Origin: the human T2T-CHM13v2.0 reference genome, Homo sapiens
Assembly: GCF_009914755.1 (NCBI RefSeq)
Contig: NC_060929.1
Strand: one strand, 5' to 3'
Length of the DNA stretch: 64,000 bases
Under the pieces are notes generated by a model, which searched no databases, was not told the origin of the DNA, and saw only the letters and a list, made by a program, of their open reading frames with translations. Shown here in pieces: positions 39,380 to 52,279 of the stretch. The first letter of the stretch is position 1, and the number at the start of each line of letters is the position of its first letter. Made by a program: the position numbers and the translations under genes.

Positions 39380-40925
39380 TTTTGTTGTCTATGCTTTTGG
39401 GGTTATATGCAAGAAATCATTATCCAGACCAATGTCACATGGTTTTTCCCCTATGTTTTTCTCCAGTCGTTTTACAATTTCAGGACTTACATTTAAGTAT
39501 TTAATTCATTTTGAGTTGATTCTTGTGTAAGGGATGAGAAAACGGTCCAATTCAATTCTTCTGCATGTGAATAGCCAGCTTTTCCGGCACCATTTATTGA
39601 AGAGACTATCCTTTTCCCCTTGTGTGCTCTTGGCACCTTTGTAGAAAATCAGTTGATCATAGACTTGTAGGTTTATTTCTCAGCTGTCTATCCTATTCCA
39701 TTGGTCTACATATCTGCTTTTATGCTAGTACCATGCTGTTTTGATTAGTATAGCTTTGCAATATATTTTGAAATCAGATCATGTGATGCCTGCAGCTTTG
39801 TTTTTGCTTAAAATTGCTTTGGCTGTTTGGGATTTTTTTGTAGTTCCATACAAATTTTGGGATTTTTTTCTATTTCTGTGAAGAATGATGTTGGAATTTT
39901 GACAGAGATTGCATTTAACAAGAAAATTAATAACCCTATTAAAAATGGGCAAAAGACTTGAATGGACATTCCTCAAAAGAAAGCATACAATAATGGACAA
40001 CAGATATATAAAAAAATGTTCCACATCATTAATCATCAGGAAAATGCAAATTAAAACCACAGCATAATATCACCTCAGACCTCTTAGAATGGTATTATCA
40101 AAAAGATGAAAAAAAGCAAATGCTGGTAAGGATGTGAAAAGAAAAGGAAACCCTTGTATACTGTTGGAAATCATGTAAATTATTGCCCTCAGTTTACAAA
40201 ACAATATGAAGGTTTCTCAAAAAATTAAAAGCAGAATTATCATGATTCAACCAATTGAATCATGGTAAACATCTAAAGTTCTGGGTATATATCTAAAGAA
40301 ATTGAAATAAATATGTCAAAGAAATATCTGCACTCTCATGTTCATTGCAGCATTATTTACAATAGTTAAGATATGGAAACAACCTAAATGCCCATCAACA
40401 GATGCTAGGATAAAAAAATGTGGTATTGCTACATAATGAAATACTACTGAGACTTTAAAAAAAGAAGAAAATTCTGTTATCTGTGACAACATGAATATAA
40501 CTAGAGGACATCATGCTAAGTTAAATAATCCAACCACAGAATGACAAATATTGCATGATCTCATTCATATGTGAAATCTAAAAGCATCAAACTCGTAGAA
40601 GTAAAGAGTAGAATGGTGGTTGCAGAGGCTGGGGACTTGGGGCATATGTTGGTCAAAGGGCACAAGGTTTCAGTTAGACAGAAGGAATAAGTTCTGGTGA
40701 GATATTGCACAACAAAGTGACTGTAGTTAATAATATATTATGTATTTCAAAATTTCTAAAAGACTGGATTTTAAATGTTCTCACCACAAAGAAATGACAA
40801 GTATGTGAGGTTATGAATACGTTAATTAGCCTGATTTGTTCATGCCACAATGTATATGTCTATCAAAAGATCACACTGTAACACAGAAATAGATATTATT
40901 TGTCAATTAAAAACAAATTTTTTAA
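39380..40925 (+). mobile_element. 5'-truncated, 5'-inverted L1 (L1MA-type): 39380-39915 antisense ORF2 segment, 39916-40925 sense ORF2 end and 3'UTR
   Basis: Orientation switches at 'gattgcatt|taacaagaaa'. The L1MA-type 3'UTR reads 'ttttaaatgttctcaccaca...tgtgaggttatgaatacgttaattagcctgatttg...tgtcaattaaaa'. Confidence 0.85.
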
Positions 40926-41099
40926 AAAGGCTATTTTTCTTGCTGAATCCCACATGTCTCTGGGGCTAGGGTAGATGTCTTTTTTAACCAGATTGTGTCC
41001 AGCTTAGTCCGGTGTTCAATAAGCATTAAGTGTCTGAAGGGTGGTCAATGGACAAACAGATGAAGGGTTGCATAGATGAATAGAAGTCTACCATATCTA

Positions 41100-41395
41100 G
41101 GCTGGGAGTGGTGGCTCACACCTGTAATCCCAGCACTTTGGGAGGCCAAGGTGGGCGGATCATGAGGTCAGGAGATTGAGACCATCCTGGCTAACACGGT
41201 GAAACCCTGTCTCTACTAAAAATACAAAAAATCAGCCTGACGTGGTGGCGGGCGCCTGTAATCCCAGCTGCTCAGAAGGCTAAGGCAGGAGAATCACTTG
41301 AACCTGGGAGGCAGAGATTTCAGTGAGCCAAGATCACACCACTGCACTCCAGCCTGGGCAACCGAGTGAGACTCTGTCTCAAAAAAATAAAAATA
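41100..41395 (+). mobile_element. Alu (AluSc/Y-like)
   Basis: Full dimer with an 18-bp TSD, agaagtctaccatatcta (41082-41099) and agaaatctaccatatcta (41396-41413). Confidence 0.96.
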
Positions 41396-42769
41396 AGAAA
41401 TCTACCATATCTACTTCTCAGGCATAAATATGATAACTATTTCCTTTAATTTCCCATTGGATAAATAACTGTTTATAAACATCTAGTTGCCAGACCCATG
41501 CTTGGAGTCTCAGGGCTAAAAGAAATGCTCCCCATTTGCTCTATGTGCTAGTCACATCAATCCCACTTGATCCCCACAGCACCCTTTGGGGGAAAGAGAG
41601 TAGTTGATAATCTGATTTTACCAATGAACAAAGGCTCAGAAAAGACTAGTTGATCCTAAAAACACCACACAGCATTCTAATGTTGTAAAAATACCTGGAT
41701 TTGAGTCCCCTGTACACTGATGCCTTGTGGTGTGGCATTGGCTCAGATGCTTCCCTCCTCTGGGATGTGGACTGGCCTCTGAGGTCTCTTTAACCTCTGG
41801 AATCATGTGAGCTGGAGCACCTGTTGGCTGGGGAGACAAAAGGCTGCTGCGTCCAGATCTCCCTTCACGAGGAAGAAATGTGTCTGCACTTTTCATATCA
41901 AAGCACTTGGGCAGCATGGGGGCGTATTGTGATGAGGCTGATGGATCCTCCCTGAACTGGTGCCTCAGCGTTCCCATGCCAACTGAGGGAAGGAAAAGAA
42001 AAAAAGGAAAAACAAAAATCAAACACGAAAACTGAGCTTGATCTAGAGCTGAAGAAAAATATTCTACTGATGGCAACATTCATGGCCGTATTATGAAGAA
42101 AAACAAATTCATAAAAACCTCAGCTTGGCCTTAATGGTTGGATCTTAAGATGAGTGACAAATGACGAAATATTGGGTATGAGAGAGAGGCAGGAGGTGGG
42201 AGGAGAGCAGGCCCTGCAATCAGAATCACTTATTTGTAACATCCATTCACGAATACATTGCCCTCAGCCACGCAGGAAACCCACACAGGCCTAGAGGATG
42301 CTCTCTGCTTTTTTCGTGGTCCTGCCATTCCCACCAGTACCCAGAGGCCCGAACCAGCGAGGAGAAAACATTCACTCTTTCTCTGAATATTCAATTGAAC
42401 TTGTTTTCAGTTTCCTGACAGCATCCAGATCCCCAGAGTGCCTGCATGGCTTTATTTTTTCATCCACCGCCTGCTGACTGGTCCCTCTCTTAATACCCCT
42501 CCTCCCCCAGGGCTTGCTTCTTCCTGTTTTGTGGGGAGCAGAACATTTGAGCTTCCAGGGGTAGTAACCACTAGTGCTGGTAAGCACAGCTTTGGAAATC
42601 AGGGGAGGGACCCTCAAAGAACCATGGAAAGTCCCCTGGGCCCTCAGAAAGGGAGGGATCAAATTAAGTAAGGGAAACAGACATGAGATATGGGCAGATG
42701 GGAAGCTAAGTAGCTGTGGCAGCTCCTTATAAAGAGATCACAGCTGGAGATGCGTTCACTAATCCCACA

Positions 42770-43595
42770 GAATAATCCTCTGTTTCTCTTTCCTGAACCC
42801 CCACATCTAGTTCATCAGCAAGTCTGTCAGTGCTAGTTACAAAATATATTTTGAATCCACACACTTTTTTCAAAAAAAATCTCTACCATAACCCCGTATC
42901 CCTCACACTGTGATCTTTTTCCCATATCACTACATTAACCTCCTAACCTGTCTTCTTGCCTCCTTCCAGACAATGTTCCACCTGGAGGCTAAAGTGACTT
43001 TTTAAACGTATTGAGCTGAACATTCCATTCCTCTGCTTAAGTAAATGTAGACTCCCTTCCTTGGCCTACAAGGCCCTCCATGAACCTGTCCCTCCCTAAC
43101 CTTACCTCTTGCCCCTCTCTCATGTAACTGGATTTCAGCCTTCCAGGCCTTCCTTCAGTTCCTTAAACAGGCCAAGCTGCCAGGGCCTTTGCACTGGCTG
43201 TTCCCTTTGCCTGGGATGCCGTTAAATCTCATCATGGCTGGCTCTAGTTCACTATTCAGGTCCCAATTCCCACGTTACTTTCTCAGAGAGTGTTCCCTGA
43301 ACACTTAATCTAAAGTAAATTTCTAATTGCCCTCTCTTCCAGCACTTCAACATCCTTCAAAGCATTTTTTTTAAATAGCCCACAGGTGCTACTAAACTTT
43401 GAAGCTTTTTTTTTATAATTAGTACCCATTTTGCCTACTTACTTGTATTATCTGATGTCTTTTTTTACCTGCTCAGTGTAAGCGCCACAAGAAAAGGATC
43501 TGCTTCTTGTTCCTTGTATCCTGTGTCTAGTCTGGGGTTAGCACAGACTAAGTGCTTAGTAGACATTTATCAAGTAACCACATAAATGAATGAAT
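42770..43595 (+). mobile_element. L2 3' region
   Basis: 'ggcctacaaggccctccatga...cagggcctttgcactggctgttccctttgcctgggatgcc...taaatgaatgaat'. Confidence 0.8.
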
Positions 43596-44065
43596 TTCTG
43601 AAGTGGCTATTTCTTTCTACCTGGATTTGAGCTCAGCCCTGGGGATACAGACATGAAAAATACACAGCCACTACTCTGAAGCTGCTCATGGCCTAATGAG
43701 GGAAACTGAGAAGTCAGTAGTTTCAGGATTAAAAGCCAGTAGTTTCAGGATTAAAAGTATGATAATGTATATTATTAATCATGTGTATACATGTACAATA
43801 ATAGTAATAGTGGCCAAACTTGAGCCATTATGTGCTCAGCACTGTACAAATATTATGCAAGTATTTTTTTTCATATAATTGCCACAATAAACTTATGAGT
43901 TAGTATTATCACATTTAAACTACATAAAAATGCATTTGGCAGATGCAGAAATGGAGATACTGCGAGGTTCAAATAACTGGGCCATGGGGACAGTTAGTAA
44001 GTGGCTGAGTGAATTCAGCCTGGCATCGTGCTCCATGTCAGAGCCAGTGCTCTGAAGCACTAGAT

Positions 44066-44570
44066 CAGTGATTCTCAAAAGATGACCGTCCTGGACTGGT
44101 AGAGTCAGCATCACATGGCAGCCTGTTAGAAATGCCAGTTCAAGGCCAGGCACGGTGGCTTACGCCTGTAATCCCAGCACTTTGGGAGGCCGAGGTGGGC
44201 AGATCACAAGGTCAGGAGATCGAGACCATCCTGGCTAACACCGTGAAACCCCGTCTCTACCAAAAATACAAAAAATTAGCCGGGCATGATGGCACGCACC
44301 TGTAGTCCAGCTCCTCAGGAGGCTGAGGCAGGAGAATCGCTGGAATCGGGAGGTGGCAGCTGCAGTGAGCCAAGATCACGCCACTGCACTCCAGCCTGGA
44401 CGACAGAGCGAGACTCCATCTCAAAAAAAAAGGAAAGAAAAGAAATGCCAATTCGAGGGTCTCAGGCCGGACCTCCTGAATCAGAAACTTTGGAGTTGGG
44501 GCTCAGCACTCTGTTTTAACAGGCCCCGCAGATGATTCTGAAGATGCTCACCAAAGTTTGACAACCACTA
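44066..44570 (+). mobile_element. MER5A split by an Alu insertion
   Basis: 'cagtgattctcaaa...cagcatcacatggcagcctgttagaaatgc[Alu]...tgaatcagaaact...aaagtttgacaaccacta'. Confidence 0.85.
44144..44440 (+). mobile_element. Alu (AluSc/Y-like) nested in MER5A
   Basis: 16-bp TSD, agaaatgccagttcaa (44128-44143) and agaaatgccaattcga (44441-44456). Confidence 0.96.
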
Positions 44571-47500
44571 CCTATTGAATGACTTAATTTTATGGGATAC
44601 TAGATCAGACTAGATCAGAGTCTGAAGTTTTTCTGTAACTCAGTTCTCATCTTAACGCTGTGAGTGTAGATTGCTCTCAATCCACGGCTGAAGAAGCCAG
44701 ATTGTGACTGAATAAAGCCAGTTACCCTGCCTGACCCTGGCTCCAGGACCTGCAGCATGTAAAACATCATCCAGGAGTGCAGCCCCTGTGAAGACAGCTG
44801 ACCTGAAGGGCATGGAGTCTGTGACCCCATCCACCTTGAGAAGCATGCTTCAACCAGCAAAGGAAAGACAGTCCTAGACAAGGAAACATCATCAAGTCTC
44901 TCTGTAGGAATACTTCATATCAGACCATATTGCCATGTGTTGAAGATTATTATATAATGATAATAATTAGTACAATAGTAATACCATACATTTTGATTAC
45001 ATTTTTGACATTTTCAAGGCATGTTTATATTCTAATAATCTATTTTCCCTCTTGATAATTTTATTTTCTCCCTTAAAAATCTCTCCAGTTACACAAAGTA
45101 GAGTAGGAGTGAAAGGATTGTTAATCTGTTAATCTGCCTGTCCAGGGGAGAGGCAAAGTAAAGAGATGTATCTGTGATTTCATGGCCTGTTAGGTTCGTA
45201 GTAACAATAGCTAATGTGTGTTAGGGAGCTTAAGTGGGCCAGGCTCTTTGCTAGATATGTCAGTGCTTATTAATTTAATAAAACCTCTAGACCCAAGGCT
45301 TCCAGACTCCCAACTGGTCTCCTTCAGCAAGCAGCGTTTCTTTTCTTTCACCTCACTCTGAATTCTTCAGACTCTCTAGTCATTCATTTATTTTATTCAT
45401 TCAACTTTTATTTAGCTTATACATCCTACAGAGAAGGTGAAGGGCACAGAGGTGAATGTGCTGGCCCACAAATTGCTAGCTCTCTCAGGGGAATCCAGAA
45501 CAATGCAGTGCCACCCACAGTGGAGCCTTGAAGGACAAAGGCAAATTATTTACCAAATCAAAAGTTGCCAGATTCAAGATTCTCTGCAGTTCTTTGAGGT
45601 TTGAGCTTGGTGCATAAGAAGAAAGGGGGATTTTGTTCTAATGAAAGACAGGACACAAGGGCCTACCTACAAAAATTGCTGCAATAAATGAGGACATCAT
45701 TAAAATTGTCTTTGTGGGGGCCCATGGATATGGAAGTGAGTAGGGAAGATGTATACAAGCAATGGAAGGAATAAAAGACAGAAGACTTCCTAGATCTAGT
45801 GCTAGAGGCTCCATAGTTCTGTTCCTTACAAATGCTGTAACTTTGGGCCAGCCTCCCAACCTATTCAACCTTCTGCTTCCTTCTCCATGAAATAAGAACC
45901 TGGATTTCTTACTCACCTGATTCACAGGGAACCTCTGAAAATCAAACGTAAGAATTAGTAATAGTAATAATAACAATATAAATAGCTAACATCTATTGAG
46001 CAATTATATTTCTTACTTTCACTGGCTTATTTCATTTAATCATGAAAGCATTTCCATGAAGCAGGTAATGTTTTAGGCCCCAGTTTATAGATTATAAAAA
46101 CAGAGGTTTAGTAAATTACTAAGTTCACCCACCCTTAACAAGCAGTGGAACAAGGATTTGAATTCAGATCTGTCTGATCTTTGAACCTATTACTATTAAA
46201 TCACTACCCCAGAATTCAAAAACAAATGAGGAAAACTCTGCGAGTCATGCTGATGAAATGAGCGGAATCAAAAGAGGGAACAAAAGGGAGGGCCTGGGGT
46301 CAGAGGCTGTTAGCTTGGCATGAAGGATGGAAAGCATTTCCAGATACCATGTCCTGAGTGAGCACAATGCTTAGGCTATGCAGCAGACCCTGGACAGTGG
46401 ACCAAGGTTTAAGAGTCAGTGTGAACTTTCAGGAAGAAGAGTTTATGCAGAGTAACACATGCCATAAACAGAAGAAAGTATCAGGGACCAGAGAAACAGA
46501 GTAAGAGGCAGAGCTGGAGTCAGGCAGCTGCAGATTCCAATGGCCTCTGACTTTCTGCTGTAGCTGCAAAGGTACATTTTATTTAACTCCATGCCCAGCC
46601 CTGTGGCAGTCTGGGAGCCCTTTGACAGAACTACAGCTTCCACATCTGGCTCAGTGGGGAAGGAGAAATAGATCTTCCCGGGCAAAAAGAAGCAGCTCAG
46701 TCTTGCTGCCTTCCCTTGAGTCTGGACAGAACCATCCTCGGTGGTGAGCTTCCCAGAGCCTTTTGGGAGTGGCTCAGGGGACCAATTTGCTTCCTTGAAG
46801 AATTTTGAATAGCTTCAGATGTAGCTCTGGTGGTTGAAGCTAAGGACAATAATGAAAATAATATGATAGCTGACATTCATTGAACTCTAATCAGGGGCTT
46901 GTTTTAAGGCATATTTTAGGCTCTATGCACTGTTGTGTGTCTTGCTGCTCTCATTACACCAAAGATATTATAGCACACCCACATCTCACATTGAATCTGA
47001 TTTATGTGTGAGTTGAGTGGCATTGCTGCACACTAGTTGGTGCAATGACATGTTTTATAGATATTTAAATATTTATTAATTTGATTTTACAGTTTGCTTT
47101 TAATATTTCAGAGTCAATATATTTATTTTTCTGGTCAGACATACTTTTTAGGCCCACCCTTCAAAAGACTGTAGGACCCAGACACTGAGTTTTCTCATGC
47201 CACCTGGAGAAAGTGATCCTGTAATTATTGTGTTGGGAGCTGAGTGCTCCCACACATTGCCTGTGGATAAGTGTAAGACTCTGGAATTAAACTGCCTTAG
47301 GTTTGAATCCTGAACCCACTACTTTCTAGCTGTGTAATCTTTGGCAAGTGCCATATCCTATTTGTGCCTCAGTTTTCTCATTTGCAAGATGGTTATTGTA
47401 AGGACTGAATCAGAGAACACATAAACAGTTTAAAATACTACCTGTAACCTGTATCATGGCATGTAAAGTTGTTATTATTGATATTTAAAATGTCCCAGTG

Positions 47501-47618
47501 AGGTAGCCACTATAGTTATTCCCATTTTGAAAATGAAGTCAATTTGATGAATGGTGGAGAGGGACATTGAACTCAGGTGGTCTGACCGTAGAGCTCATAT
47601 TCATAATGAGTAAGAGTT

Positions 47619-47990
47619 TGTATCAGTCAAGTTAGGCCAGGTTATACCACAGTAACAAATGACCCCCAAACTTCCATGGGCTAATATAACATGAGTTTAT
47701 TTCTTGGTCATGCTGCAAGTCCAACACAAAATGGTGGGGGAGTGGGGAGAGGCATTGCTCCTCATGCTTCCTTAGGGACCCAAGCTGAAAGAGGGACCAT
47801 CCTAACATGATCACAGTGTCAAAGGAACTTATGTAATAAGCCACACCCTGGCTCTAAAGCCTTATTCCCAAGGTCACGGACATCATTTCCACACACAGTT
47901 CATTGGATCAAGCAAGTTGATGGCCAGGCTTAACTTTAAAGGAGGTAGAAAAGTGAAATCTTACCATGTAACTGCAAAATTGGGAATAGC
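47619..47990 (-). mobile_element. MLT1 (J-like) LTR
   Basis: 'tgtatcagtcaagttaggccaggttataccacagtaacaaatgacccc...cattggatcaagcaagt'. Confidence 0.75.
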
Positions 47991-48175
47991 CAAATGTTAT
48001 CTCAGAGGAAGGTTTTGAGGATCAAATTAATTAATCTATGAAATTATCAAAAATAGGGCCTAGAACATAGAAAAATCTTCTTTAATGTTAGGTATGAATT
48101 CTTATTAATTAATGAATTGCCTCTTGTAGCAGCTCTCCTGTATAAATATCTTCCACCTGATTCTCTTGTTCCTGA

Positions 48176-48177
<2 letters not shown>

Positions 48178-48211
<34 letters not shown>
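48178..48211. repeat. (TC)n microsatellite, about 17 units
   Basis: Directly visible. Confidence 0.95.
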
Positions 48212-48214
<3 letters not shown>

Positions 48215-49211
48215 GATCCATCTTGCAGACCTGATCCATTTTATTATTAGACCTCTCTCTTATCATGTCATCTCTCTTGTTCTCCCTTGTCTGATTGGGT
48301 AAGTTCAGAGTCCTAAGCAAGATATCTGAGGGCAATCCGTAATTCACTTCTAACCTACTCTGGAATTTTTTCTCCCACTTTTCTCTAAGGCTGTGTTCTA
48401 ACTGGAAGGACTCATTCACTGTTCCCAAATTAGACTGGCACATTCCTACCCCATCCCTTGATATTCTTCATTCTTATTGTATAATCTCCCTTCTCAAATG
48501 CCTCTTGCCTTTCTGCAATTTTATATCCCTCATTATGCAGTTTACCACTTCCTCCAAGAAGCCTCATTTTTCACCACAGCCTGAAATGATTTCATTCAGG
48601 GCTGAACTTCCACAGTACTACTCATTTGGCTGAACTTTACTACTCATTTGACCCTGAACTCAGACTGCTTTGAACATTTTTTTTTTTTATTTATGCTTAT
48701 GTTGTTACTGTTGTGGAAAGAACACAGAGCACAGCATCAGACTCATATTGATCTAAATTTCAGGTCTGTCATTGACTGGCCTTGACACCCTGTGCAGGTC
48801 AGCCATGTTCTCGAGCTCCTTGCCCCTTTCCTGTGACATGAAAGTGATTATACCTATTTCATAAGAATGCTGCGAGGATAGAATTGAAAACAAGTTATAG
48901 TGACCTACATATAGGAGATGACTGTCCTCATCATAGCTGTGTCCCTAGTATCAAGAACAGTACCTGGCAAATAATAGTCAGCTCAATGACTATTTGTTGA
49001 CTGAATGAATTATTAGTAATCACCAGCCACTCTTACTGCATGCTAGTTTTCTCCAAAAGCTGTAAGTTCCTTGAAGACAGCTTTGAAAAGTAAAGTTCTT
49101 TGGAGTCTTAGGCAACGGTTCTCAAGCTTAATTATACAGGAGAAGCAAGGAATGTTATTGAAATGCTAATAGTTGGAATCTGGATGTACTGAATCAGAAT
49201 TCCTGGCACAG

Positions 49212-49502
<291 letters not shown>

Positions 49503-50352
49503 AGAATTCTTGGCACAGAGTCTAAACATCTGTATGATAACAAACTTCCGAAATGATAGAGTCTGAAGATTATGCTTTGAGAAATCTTATTTTGGAAGAG
49601 CTCCTCTTGACTGGATACAAATCTTTCCTGGTAGGGCTTTGTAAGACAACTCATCTATAAGGATGAATAAACTTTCTATCCTTCTGGACTAGCTTTCCTG
49701 CATAGCTAACTCATTTAATTCCAGGCTAGATCACTTCTAAAAAATCAATGCATTAGAATTGAATTAATTTGTGTTCACTTAATTGATATAGTGTGTGCTT
49801 TTCTAAATGGCACTAGGTTTGAAAGTGAAGCTGGTCACACTTTTTTACAGTAGGCTTCTCTAATAACACTTGATTCTGTCTTTGTACCCAGTGCCTTCTG
49901 TATAGTATTAGCTCAGGGATTTGTACCTTGTTGGCCAACAAACTTTGTTGATGCATTGAAAAATACAGTTTCCTAATTGCAACTCCAGTGAACCTGTAAT
50001 ATAGTAAGATCCTACAGGTCTCTGTAGGAAATATTGCTACTGAAAGTCAAAGATCACTCATTAAGTCCATCTCATAGTTGATTGTAGTCCAGTGGAAATA
50101 TTTGCTATATTTGGCAGAACTGTCTTTGTATAAATAGTGAACAGATACATTCCATCTTAGCACTGCCAGCTTAGGATCTCTTAAGGATTCGACTATTTAC
50201 TTAACTGAGGTACAGCCCATGGGACACACATCACCTATTGAATTCCAGGTCTTAGCAGTTTATTAGAAGTGTAAACAATGCTTCCATTCAAAAAAGTCAA
50301 CTCATCCAATTGTTAAGACGATTTATCTTTTTTCTTTCATTTCAGCCTAGTG

Positions 50353-50577
50353 CAGTGATTCTCAGCTGGGAGTGATTTTGCCCCTTTCCCTTCCTGGGGG
50401 ACATGTGGCAATGTCTGGAGACACTTTTAAGTGTCACAACTCAGGACTGGAGAACTACTATTGACATTTAGGTAAAAGCAATGGATGTGCTAACCATCCT
50501 GTAATGCACAGAACAAACCCCTACAACAAATAATTATCTGGGCTAAAATGTCAATAATGCTGAGGTTAAGAAACCTC
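50353..50577 (+). mobile_element. MER20
   Basis: 'cagtgattctcagctgggagtgattttgccc...ggacatgtggcaatgtctggagaca...aaaatgtcaataatgctgaggttaagaaacc'. Confidence 0.9.
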
Positions 50578-50611
50578 ATTCTATTTTTTGTACTCATTAA
50601 CTATCCCCCTC

Positions 50612-50699
50612 AAAACATCTCATGTACCCCATAAATATATATACCTACTATGTACCACAAAATTAAAAATAAAAAAGAGTATAAAATTAAAAAAAAAAA
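50612..50699 (+). mobile_element. Very short L1 3'-terminal fragment with A-tail
   Basis: 'aacatctcatgtaccccataaatatatatacctactatgtaccacaaaattaaaaataaaaaa' matches an L1PB/L1MA-type 3' end. Confidence 0.75.
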
Positions 50700-52279
50700 C
50701 CACCTAGTCTAGTTCTTTTTTTGGCCAAGTGCTGGGCACTGGTTCCCTCTGCTATTTCATTGTGTGGAACCTGGATGGGCTACTCAGAGTGTTCCTTGTT
50801 CAGAATCAACTTCAGCTGGCTTACTCTTAGTGGGAAGGCAAAACTTGGGAGATAAGGGTCATCTCAATTTCTCCTTTCTTTAAGCACTAGTGGTTAGCCC
50901 TGTAGCTGGAATACAAACCACAACCCTCTCTCCTGATTCACTATAAGAACCTGGCTTGGACTTCTCAAGATAGTTTTCCCTCCTCATTTCCCTGGCTTGG
51001 TTGGAACACACTCCACTCAGTAAGTTGGAGAGTCTCTGTGGGTATACAACTGGCACTTTGATTGCCGCAACTTTGTTATCTGTGATCATGGTATATAATA
51101 ATCAGGATGAAAGTCAAGTTTCCTATTAGTAATTTAGCAACAGTCACTCAACACTGTAAAAGAAAACTACTCCTGTGGAAATTAAACAGAGTCATTTTCT
51201 TGTGGTGAAAAGGTCCTGGGTTTGCCTCAGTGGGTCTAGATTTCAGCCTTGGCTACTAAACTTGCTCATGGGCCTCTGTTTCTTTATCTGTATGATGGGA
51301 ATAATAATTTCTGCCCTGATTACATTAATGATGGAGAGGATCTATAAGATGGCTCCTAAGTTCTGTAAAATGTACCGCAGTTGCTCCCCAAAAGTGAAAC
51401 TTGGGATTGGGAAAACTTCTACACAATCCCAGTCTATGAATTAACACTTAGGAATCACTGCATTATTATTTGAAGAAGTATATTTATAACTGCAGCATAT
51501 CAGCAAAATGAGGCCAATATAGTAAAGCAAAATGTATATTTTAAAGGACTCATATTCTAAGCTTATACTCTTTTTTTGTTCAAATACCTTTTCTATTATG
51601 CAATGTTATGGTGATAGATTGCAGAATGTTTGGTTGTGTTTTAAAACAACTTACATGAAAATATCAAACATTAACAACCTGTATCAGTCCCAGAAATGTC
51701 TTTAAATATTTTTCTGATCTTTGAAACTGAATCCAAAGGAACTCTGCAAAGTCTCCTCAGCAGGAATGTTATCATGGATGATACATTGTGAATAAAGTTG
51801 TGTGAATGTAAACTGGATGCATTTGGTATGTTAAAAATACTGTTCACATGCTTTATTAATTCATGCACAATCATCTGCAGGAGGCAGATCCTATTTGCCC
51901 GGGATCACACTGAAACACAAAGAGGGTGAATATGTGCACAGGGCAGCAAAGCAAAAAGATCAGCAGCTTTGGACTCAGGCAAAGCTGATGTCCCTGCTGA
52001 GCTCAGCCACTTATCAGCTTCATGACTCTATGCTAAATTTTAAGAGCCTCAGTTTCTTCATCTGCAAAAATGGAAATAGTAATACTACCCCACAGGGTTG
52101 TTTGTGTGACTAAGTGAGCCAATATAGGGAAGAGGCTAGATAGAGAGACTAGCACTTGGTGGGTGCTCAGGGTTGTTTGTTTCATTCATTTAAATTATTT
52201 CCAGTATCCCCTAGTGTGTAAATAGTGAATCTGTGACATGGAGGCTCTTCCAAATTTAATCCAGTGCCATATGCCTTCG

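Noticed and set aside
39779-40060. 93-aa ORF with L1-like peptides
   Set aside because: A chimeric reading across the inversion junction of a dead L1, not a gene.
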